Part shown: positions 57,519 to 64,000 of the stretch, in pieces
Position numbering within the stretch: position 1 is the stretch's first letter
How the letters are laid out: the number at the start of each line of letters is the position of its first letter
Source: an uncultured Maricaulis sp.
GTDB taxonomy: Bacteria; Pseudomonadota; Alphaproteobacteria; Caulobacterales; Maricaulaceae
NCBI GenBank assembly: GCA_965228215.1
Contig: OZ245800.1
Coordinates: 1,599,939 to 1,663,938 of the forward strand
Direction of reading: 5' to 3'
Length of the DNA stretch: 64,000 bases
Position numbers and translations under genes: made by a program
Notes under the pieces: generated by a model
What the model saw: the letters and a program-made list of their open reading frames with translations, nothing else
Told to the model about the DNA's origin: nothing
The model's database searches: none

Positions 57519-58252
57519 GCATGACGCGCGGTGTTGTCCTGTTTGTCGTCTTCCTGGTCGTCTGGCTGATCGTCCTGATGCCGCTCAAGCTCGTGGCCCT
57601 GATGGCCGGCAATGTCGCCGGTCTGGGATATGGCGATGTCTACGGCTCGGTCTGGGACGGGCGCATGCACCGGGTCCGGGCGGCAGGCGAGGATATCGAG
57701 CTGGTGGAAGTCTCGGTCCAGCCGCTTGCCCTTCTGACCGGTTCGCTGTCGGCGGACTTCGAATTCGACGATCCCGGCCTGCGCGGCAGCGGACAGGTCA
57801 CCCGGCGTGCTGATGGCAGTCTTCTCGCTCGCGATGTCGACCTGGTCACCATGCTGGGGCGCGTCGACATCGCACTCTGGCCCGGCGTCGACCCCGGCGA
57901 GCGCGTCTATGTGCGGATCACCGAACTGGACTGGCATGACGGCGTCTGCCGCGCCGCGAGCGGTGATGTGCGGACCGGCGCGCTGATCGGTTTCGCCAGC
58001 CAGCTCGGCTTCGAAGGCTCGCCTCTCGACGGCCGGCTGAATTGTCGCGATGATGTCCTGGTGTTGAGCCTGGCCGGATCCAGCAATGATCTGCGGCTGA
58101 CGGGCGAGATAGCGCTGCATGCCGGTCATTATGCCTGGCAGGTCGAGGTCGAGACGCCGCGTGGTGAACTGGCCGATGCCCTAGCCCTGGCCGGCCTGGT
58201 CCGGGAGGGACCGGTCTGGCGCGGCGAGGGGAATGAAGCCTATGGCGGCTAG
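57515..58252 (+). CDS. gspN: type II secretion protein N
   Basis: N-terminal TM; VYGSVWDGRM motif; GRLNC; position. Confidence 0.8.
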   Translation: MSMTRGVVLFVVFLVVWLIVLMPLKLVALMAGNVAGLGYGDVYGSVWDGRMHRVRAAGEDIELVEVSVQPLALLTGSLSADFEFDDPGLRGSGQVTRRADGSLLARDVDLVTMLGRVDIALWPGVDPGERVYVRITELDWHDGVCRAASGDVRTGALIGFASQLGFEGSPLDGRLNCRDDVLVLSLAGSSNDLRLTGEIALHAGHYAWQVEVETPRGELADALALAGLVREGPVWRGEGNEAYGG

Positions 58253-58736
58253 ATTACTGCTTCCGGTCCTGGCGGCGCTGACGATTGTCGGCGGATGCGC
58301 CTCGGCGGCTCCGGCGATCGAGGCGGCGGAAGCGGTCCTTCAGCCGCCTGTCGAAGCGCCGGAACCGGTCACGGAATTGCCGCCGCAGAGCCTCGAGGCG
58401 GGCGAATGCGCGGTCTTCTTCTGGGGCAGCGGCGAGGCGCGTCCCTTCCTGGCCTACGAGAATTTCAATGACGGCATCGTCCGGCTCTATCTCGACGGAG
58501 CGGTTCGCGAATTCGCCACGACCGCCCGGCCGGACAGCCTTGTGCCGGGCCTGCGCTATGAGCGGCGTTTCTCCGTGGCGGACACGGGATCGGATATCGA
58601 GCTGAGCGGCGAGATCCATGGCGGGGCGGCCGACGGTCTGCGCATTGCGCCCGCGATCATGCGTGTCCTGCGGCCCGGCGGGGAGCAAATGGTCATCCCG
58701 GTGACCGGTCACTATGCCTGCCGTATCAATCCCTGA
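58233..58736 (+). CDS. hypothetical lipoprotein ending the gsp operon
   Basis: Lipobox VGGC; Pro-rich linker; two Cys (ECAVFFW, YAC); overlaps the gspN end. Confidence 0.65.
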   Translation: MKPMAARLLLPVLAALTIVGGCASAAPAIEAAEAVLQPPVEAPEPVTELPPQSLEAGECAVFFWGSGEARPFLAYENFNDGIVRLYLDGAVREFATTARPDSLVPGLRYERRFSVADTGSDIELSGEIHGGAADGLRIAPAIMRVLRPGGEQMVIPVTGHYACRINP

Positions 58737-58748
58737 GCCGTGTCCCAG

Positions 58749-59231
58749 CTAGACCGGGAAGGGATGCTGACCGCCATAGGCGCGCCACAGCCAGCACAGG
58801 GCGATTCCCAGGGCCAGCCACGGACCGAACGGATAGGTCGTCAGCCGGCCCTCGAACCGTCGGCGTACCAGCGCCAGCAGTGCGACATAAAGCAGCGCGG
58901 TTCCCGCTCCGATCAGCGCGATGGCCGGCAGGAACCAGGCGGTGCACCAGGCGCCGCCCGCGGCGAGGAGTTTGGCATCGCCGCGTCCGAGCCCGTCAAT
59001 CCCTCGCAGGCGTCTGAACACGACTTCCACGGCCCAGAAACTGGCATAGCCGATTACCAGTCCCAGCAAGGCCGGAATCGGGGTGTCATACACAAGCGTA
59101 TTGAAAACGAGGCCGATTGCGGCAAGTGGTAGCGTGAGAATATCGGGGAGTCGCCGTGTGCGCAGATCCGTCCAGCCGAGCCAGAGCAGGGCGGTGAACA
59201 AAATGAGGGTGGCGGAATGTGTGAGGAGCAT
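58749..59231 (-). CDS. gspO: A24 prepilin peptidase, peptidase domain only
   Basis: WTDLRTRRLPD and GLGRGDAKL catalytic Asp motifs; PFGPWL; 160 aa with no N-terminal Cys-cluster domain. Confidence 0.85.
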   Translation of the reverse strand: MLLTHSATLILFTALLWLGWTDLRTRRLPDILTLPLAAIGLVFNTLVYDTPIPALLGLVIGYASFWAVEVVFRRLRGIDGLGRGDAKLLAAGGAWCTAWFLPAIALIGAGTALLYVALLALVRRRFEGRLTTYPFGPWLALGIALCWLWRAYGGQHPFPV

Positions 59232-59238
59232 GTCGGAC

Positions 59239-59256
59239 TTGTCACACGATTGTCGT
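59239..59256 (+). promoter_or_regulatory. PHO-box-like direct repeat upstream of phnC
   Basis: TTGTCAC-ACGA-TTGTCGT, 11-bp period, 42 nt before the phnC ATG. Confidence 0.6.
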
Positions 59257-59298
59257 CCGCGTACGCCACACAGGTGAAACGTAGCAGGGGATTAGCAG

Positions 59299-60096
59299 AT
59301 GACTGACGCCGCCTTGGCGCTGCACGCGGAAAACCTCCGCATGACGTTCGGCGAGACTAAAGCCCTCGACGATGTCAGCCTATCCGTCAAGCCCGGAGAG
59401 ATGGTGGCCCTGATCGGTCCGTCCGGCTCCGGCAAGTCCACCTTGCTGCGCGTTGCCGCGGCGCTGCAGACCGCCGATGCGGAATCGGGTCCGGTCTCGG
59501 TGCTGAACCGGCGCATGCAGTCGAAGGGCAAGCTGGCCGCGGGCATCCGCGCCAACCGCGCCCGTCTCGGCTTCATCTTCCAGCAGTTCAATCTCGTGGG
59601 ACGGCTCAGCCTGTTTTCCAACGTGCTGCTGGGCGCACTCGGCCAGCTGCCGCGCTGGCGCGGCGCGCTGGGCCTCTTCCCGAACTCCGTGAAGCAGAAG
59701 GCGATGGACGCGCTCGAACGCGTCGGCATCGCCCAGTTCGGCGGACGCCGGGCGTCAAACCTGTCCGGTGGCCAGCAGCAGCGCGGCGCGATTGCCCGCG
59801 CGCTGGTCCAGGGCGCGGAAGTCCTGTTCGCCGATGAACCGATCGCCTCGCTCGACCCGGTCGCCGCGCGCAAGGTGATGGAATTGCTGTCCGAGCTGAA
59901 CAAGAGCGACGGTCTGACCGTGGTGGTCACGCTGCACCAGGTCGATTACGCGACGAAATTCTGCGAGCGCACCGTGGCGCTCAACCGCGGACGCATTGTC
60001 TATGACGGCCCGTCCGACGGTCTGACCCGCGAGAAACTGGTCGAGATCTACGGCCCCGAATTCGAAGCGGCCTTCTACGGCGGAGACGACGAATGA
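59299..60096 (+). CDS. phnC: phosphonate/phosphate ABC transporter ATPase
   Basis: Walker A GPSGSGKST; GFIFQQFNLVGRL; LSGGQQQR.AIARAL; ADEPIASLDP; VTLHQVDYA. Confidence 0.93.
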   Translation: MTDAALALHAENLRMTFGETKALDDVSLSVKPGEMVALIGPSGSGKSTLLRVAAALQTADAESGPVSVLNRRMQSKGKLAAGIRANRARLGFIFQQFNLVGRLSLFSNVLLGALGQLPRWRGALGLFPNSVKQKAMDALERVGIAQFGGRRASNLSGGQQQRGAIARALVQGAEVLFADEPIASLDPVAARKVMELLSELNKSDGLTVVVTLHQVDYATKFCERTVALNRGRIVYDGPSDGLTREKLVEIYGPEFEAAFYGGDDE

Positions 60097-62117
60097 CCCA
60101 GATCCTCTCGCGCTATCTCCGCCTGGCCCTCGTGGTCCTGGCGGGTCTGCTTCTCGCCAGCTGTACGCCGGCCGAAGAGCCCAGCTCATCCACGACATCC
60201 CAGCCGCCGGTCAGCCAGGACGGACGCCGCACGCTCAATTTCGGCATTATTGCCACCGAGAGCTCGTCCAATCTCGAGACCAATTGGCGGCCCTTCATCG
60301 CCGCCATGTCCGAATGGACCGGCTATGACATCCAGCCCTTCTACGCGTCGGACTATGCCGGTGTGATCCAGGCCATGCGCTATGACAGCGTCCAGGTCGC
60401 CTGGTTCTCCAACTTCTCCGCTCTCCAGGCCGTGCGCCTGGCCGATGGCGAGGTCTTCGCCAAGGCGACCTATCCGGACGGCAGTGAGGGCTATCACTCG
60501 GTCCTGCTGGTGCCGACCGACAGCCCGATCCAGTCGCTGGACGATATCCTGGCCTGTGACGGCACGATCGATTTCGGCATGGGTGATCCCAATTCGACCT
60601 CGGGCTTCCTGGTCCCGTCCGCCTTCATCTTCGCCCCGCGCGGCATTGATCCGAACGAGTGTTTCAACTCGGTCCGCAATGCCAATCACGAGGCCAATGC
60701 CGTGGCCGTTGCCAATGCGCTGATCGATGTCGGCACGAACAACACCACGAACATGACGCTGCTGCAGCGCTCGCGCCCGGACATCTATGCCCAGCTGCGC
60801 GAGATCTGGCGGTCGCCGGCCATCCAGACCGATCCGATCATCTGGCGGTCGGACCTGGACGTGGAGGCCAAGCGCCGGCTGCAATACTTCTTTATGAATT
60901 ACGGCCGCATGGGCACGCCGGAAGAGATCGCGGAAGCCCGCGAGGTTCTGGAGCCGCTGTATTTCGGCACATTCCTGCCTTCGTCCAACGCCCACCTCGA
61001 TCCCATCGTGCAGCTGGAAATCGTGCGTGACCTCACCGAGGTCCGCAATGATCCCGAGCTGGACGAAGAGGAGCGCGCGACACGGATCGCCGAACTCGAG
61101 GAGCGCCTGGCTGCGGTCGAGTCCGGAGCGTCGGGTCTCGTGAGCCTGGCCAGCACGGCCGGGGATGACCAGGAAATCAGCGAGGAAGACCGCGCCGCCG
61201 AGATGCAGGGCAGCAATCGCCTGGCCCAGGCCGGCATTCTGCTCGTCCTCGCCATCGGCCTGCTGACAGTCCTGCTCTGGGCAACCGCGCCGCGCGGCCC
61301 GGGTCCTCGCATCCCGCTGACCGAACGCCTCGCCAATGCGGTGATCTCGGCCGGTGTGATCGTGATCCTGGTGTGGAGCTTCGACAATGCCGACATGGAC
61401 CGCTCCTATCTCCTGGTCGAGAATGCCGGGGATATGGGCGAGTTCATCGCCGGTTTCTTCCCCGAGGACATTTCCGACGCCGAGTCCCGGTCCAGCTATT
61501 GGGTCGAGCTGCGTGACGGGATTTCCGAAGCCGTGCCGCAGATGATCGTGACGGTCCAGATCGCCATCTGGGGTACGTTCATCGCCCTCATCTCAGCCAT
61601 TCCCTTCGGCCTGCTCAGCGCACGCAATGTGGCTCCGGGCTGGGTCGTCCAGCCGGTGCGCCGATTGATGGACGTGTTCCGCTCGATCAATGAATTGATC
61701 ATCGCGCTCGTCTTCATCGCGGCTGTGGGTCTGGGACCGCTCGCCGGTGTGATGGCCCTGGCGGTGCACACGACCGGTGTTCTGGCCAAGCTCTTCTCGG
61801 AAGCCGTGGAGGCGATTGATGACGGGCCTGTGGAGGGTGTCCGGGCCACCGGTGCAGCGCCGCTGCACGAGGTGATCTGGGCGGTGATCCCGCAAGTCGC
61901 GCCGCTGTGGACCTCCTTCGGTCTCTACCGGTTCGAATCCAACGCCCGTTCAGCCACCGTGCTGGGCCTGATCGGTGCTGGCGGTATCGGCCAGATCCTG
62001 TTCGAAGCCGTCCGTGCCTTCGACTATCAGCGCACGGCGGCGATCGTGATCGTCATCGTGGTGGCGGTCAGCGCGATCGACCTGCTCTCGCAATTGCTGC
62101 GCAAGCGCCTGACCTAG
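60093..62117 (+). CDS. phnD-phnE: fused PhnD substrate-binding protein + PhnE permease
   Basis: N-terminal half: lipobox LASC24, FASDYAG-like YASDYAGVIQAMR, DPNSTSGFLVP, NHEAN, NNTT, IW.SP.I..DP. C-terminal half: TVQIAIWGT, FRSINE, GLGPLAGV.AL..HT.GVL.KLFSEAVE, YRFESNARSA.VLG.IGAGGIG. Single open frame of 674 aa. Confidence 0.9.
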   Translation: MTQILSRYLRLALVVLAGLLLASCTPAEEPSSSTTSQPPVSQDGRRTLNFGIIATESSSNLETNWRPFIAAMSEWTGYDIQPFYASDYAGVIQAMRYDSVQVAWFSNFSALQAVRLADGEVFAKATYPDGSEGYHSVLLVPTDSPIQSLDDILACDGTIDFGMGDPNSTSGFLVPSAFIFAPRGIDPNECFNSVRNANHEANAVAVANALIDVGTNNTTNMTLLQRSRPDIYAQLREIWRSPAIQTDPIIWRSDLDVEAKRRLQYFFMNYGRMGTPEEIAEAREVLEPLYFGTFLPSSNAHLDPIVQLEIVRDLTEVRNDPELDEEERATRIAELEERLAAVESGASGLVSLASTAGDDQEISEEDRAAEMQGSNRLAQAGILLVLAIGLLTVLLWATAPRGPGPRIPLTERLANAVISAGVIVILVWSFDNADMDRSYLLVENAGDMGEFIAGFFPEDISDAESRSSYWVELRDGISEAVPQMIVTVQIAIWGTFIALISAIPFGLLSARNVAPGWVVQPVRRLMDVFRSINELIIALVFIAAVGLGPLAGVMALAVHTTGVLAKLFSEAVEAIDDGPVEGVRATGAAPLHEVIWAVIPQVAPLWTSFGLYRFESNARSATVLGLIGAGGIGQILFEAVRAFDYQRTAAIVIVIVVAVSAIDLLSQLLRKRLT

Positions 62118-62157
62118 GTCGGCGTCTGTCAGCAGGCCATCTGCGATGCACAAAGAA

Positions 62158-62183
62158 AAACGCCGCCCCTCGGGGCGGCGTTT
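62158..62183. terminator. bidirectional intrinsic terminator
   Basis: AAACGCCGCCCC-tc-GGGGCGGCGTTT between the converging phnDE and GT4 genes. Confidence 0.85.
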
Positions 62184-62188
62184 GTCGT

Positions 62189-63355
62189 TTATCCCATGTC
62201 GTCCTTGCGGCGGCGCAGCCGCTGCCAGAAGCGCCGGCGTTCCGGCTTGGGCTGGGGTTTGAGGTTTTTCACGAAATCCACCGCGCACTGGGCCCAGGAG
62301 TGTTTCTCCGCATGGGCACGCGGGGCCTCGCGATCGATCTCCAGACAGTCCAGGCAGGCCTGGCGCAGGTCCTCATTGATGAAACCGCCGCCCGAGCCCG
62401 GGATGATGTCCTTGGGACCATGGGCCGGGAAGGCCGCGACCGGTGTGCCGCAAGCCATGGCTTCCAGGTTCACCAGACCGAACGTGTCGGTCCAGCTCGG
62501 GAAGACAAAGACATCGGCATCGGCGAAATAGCGGGCGAGCTCGTCGCCGAATTTCGAACCGGTGAAGACGGTCTTGGGATATTTTTCTTTCAGCTCTTCC
62601 ATCTGGGGGCCGTCGCCGACCACGACTTTCGTGCCGGGCAGATCGGTTTCCAGGAAGGTCTCGATATTCTTCTCGACGGCGATACGGCCGACATTCACCC
62701 AGATCGGTTTCTCAAGGCCTTCATAGACGTCTTCGCCGCCGACATGGCGCTTGTCCGGATTGAACAATTCGATGTCCACGCCGCGCGCCCAGGGGGTGAG
62801 GTTCTTGAAGCCGCGCTTGGCCAGGTCGTCGCGCATGGAGGGCGTGGTGACCATCATGCGGCCGCCGGCATTGTGGAACCAGCGCATGAAGGCATAGCCG
62901 GCTGCCAGCGGGATCAGCGGGAAGCGGGCGTTCACATATTCCGGAAACTTGGTGTGATAGCTGGTGGTGAAGGGAAGCTTCCACTTGATGCAGATGCGAC
63001 GCGCCGCGAGGCCCAGCGGGCCCTCGGTCGCGATATGGATCGCTTCCGGCTCGAATTCCTTGAAGCGTTTCGCGATGTCCTTGCGTGCGCCCATGGCCAG
63101 CTGGATTTCCGGATAGGTCGGAAGCGGCATGGTCTTGTAGCCGAGGCCGGGATGGATGATCTCCACCTCATGGCCCATGGCCCGGCATTCCGCGACGGTG
63201 CGTGACAGGGTCCGCACGACGCCATTCATCTGCGGTTCCCAGGCATCGGTCACCAGCATGATGCGCTGGGGACGGTCCTCGGTCGCGACGGGCAGGCCTG
63301 CGGCCGCTTCGTCTGCTGCGCCGGAATCGCTTTGGGTTTCAGTGTCGTTCGTCAT
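62189..63355 (-). CDS. GT4 family glycosyltransferase (glycosyl-diacylglycerol synthase-like)
   Basis: VTDAWEPQMNGVVRTL; IHIATEGPLG; TTSYHTKFPEY; VGRIAVEKN; FPSWTDTFGLVNLEAMACGTP. Confidence 0.88.
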   Translation of the reverse strand: MTNDTETQSDSGAADEAAAGLPVATEDRPQRIMLVTDAWEPQMNGVVRTLSRTVAECRAMGHEVEIIHPGLGYKTMPLPTYPEIQLAMGARKDIAKRFKEFEPEAIHIATEGPLGLAARRICIKWKLPFTTSYHTKFPEYVNARFPLIPLAAGYAFMRWFHNAGGRMMVTTPSMRDDLAKRGFKNLTPWARGVDIELFNPDKRHVGGEDVYEGLEKPIWVNVGRIAVEKNIETFLETDLPGTKVVVGDGPQMEELKEKYPKTVFTGSKFGDELARYFADADVFVFPSWTDTFGLVNLEAMACGTPVAAFPAHGPKDIIPGSGGGFINEDLRQACLDCLEIDREAPRAHAEKHSWAQCAVDFVKNLKPQPKPERRRFWQRLRRRKDDMG

Positions 63356-63488
63356 GAGTCCACTCGCCTTGTTAGGAGCCTCTTAGCGCATCTGGAGAGC
63401 GGCGCGAAGAGGGGCCGAACATCGGGCTTGCGGAGCGGGCATTGTGAGATCATTCTCCGCGCCGAATTCGGAGTGAGGGAGCGCCGTC

Positions 63489-64000
63489 ATGAATGCCCAT
63501 GTCAAGAACACGATCGGATGGGATGATCTGGATCATGGCAAGTTCGATGACGAAACCGAGCGGGTTGCGAAACTCGCGGAACTGACCGGCCTGGACCAGG
63601 CAGCCCGCGATCGTGTACGCGACGGTTCCATCGATCTGGTCAAGCGGGCTCGTGCGTCGACGCGCGGCCGCGGCCTGATGGAGTCCTTCCTTCAGGAATT
63701 CGGCCTGTCCAACAAGGAAGGCCTGGCGCTGATGTGCCTGGCCGAAGCCCTTTTGCGCGTCCCGGACCCGGCGACGGCCGACAAGCTGATTGCCGAGAAG
63801 ATTTCCAGCGGCGACTGGTCGGAACATGCCGGCAAGTCGGAGAGCTGGCTGGTCAATGCCTCCACGCTGGGCCTGATGCTGACCGGTTCCATCATCGATG
63901 TTGAGCCGGAAGCCCGCCGCAATCCGTCTGGCTATCTCAAGACGCTGACCCAGAAGGCCGGTGAGCCGGTGATCCGCGCGGCCGTGATGCAGGCCATGCG
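63489..64000 (+). CDS. putA: bifunctional proline dehydrogenase/P5C dehydrogenase PutA, 5' part only
   Basis: Manual translation from ATG 63489: ...LMESFLQEFGLSNKEGLALMCLAEALLRVPDPATADKLIAEKISSGDW...SWLVNASTLGLMLTG...GEPVIRAAVMQAM. Runs off the right edge. Confidence 0.92.
   Translation, partial: MNAHVKNTIGWDDLDHGKFDDETERVAKLAELTGLDQAARDRVRDGSIDLVKRARASTRGRGLMESFLQEFGLSNKEGLALMCLAEALLRVPDPATADKLIAEKISSGDWSEHAGKSESWLVNASTLGLMLTGSIIDVEPEARRNPSGYLKTLTQKAGEPVIRAAVMQAM

Noticed and set aside
61930-61945. GGTTCGAATCC, resembling a tRNA T-loop
   Set aside because: It lies in frame within the conserved PhnE motif YRFESN, and no cloverleaf can be formed.
63356-63488. PHO box for the GT4 gene
   Set aside because: No 11-bp-period GTCA repeat on either strand.
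1-64000. CRISPR arrays, IS elements, integrases, prophage or defence genes, rRNA/tRNA
   Set aside because: No spaced short direct repeats, transposase or integrase motifs, or RNA-gene signatures seen. AT-rich patches are limited to promoter-sized spacers.

Overview
A GC-rich alphaproteobacterial chromosome segment, most likely Maricaulis or a close relative. The evidence is the 441-aa bifunctional NAGS/kinase, the Caulobacterales-like lipoprotein-TBDR-gsp layout and the gene repertoire. I saw no mobile elements, CRISPR arrays, rRNA or tRNA. Left to right: cysG (partial) with a divergent LysR gene; a VOC protein; a three-gene 2-oxoacid oxidoreductase (GltD-like + alpha + beta); an fdsGBACD-fhs formate cluster bracketed by four XRE-HTH/PAS-like regulators, three of them in a tandem array; an M28 peptidase, MFS transporter and hydrolase; kdsB coupled to a histidine phosphatase; the argF'-NAGS/K-argC operon; a GT39 glycosyltransferase; an Oar-like TonB receptor; a polyamine neighbourhood (aguA, aguB, deoxyhypusine-synthase-like protein, alanine-racemase-fold decarboxylase with a short uORF); a candidate phosphate-starvation island (internally duplicated ElpS-like lipoprotein, TBDR, complete gspC-N/O type II secretion system, phnC and a fused PhnD-PhnE gene, with PHO-box-like repeats); a GT4 glycosyltransferase; and putA (partial). 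The best leads are the PhnD-PhnE fusion, the duplicated surface lipoprotein within the phosphorus-scavenging island, the XRE-PAS triplet, and a possible agmatine-based homospermidine route with uORF control. All product calls come from motif recognition by eye, without database searches.
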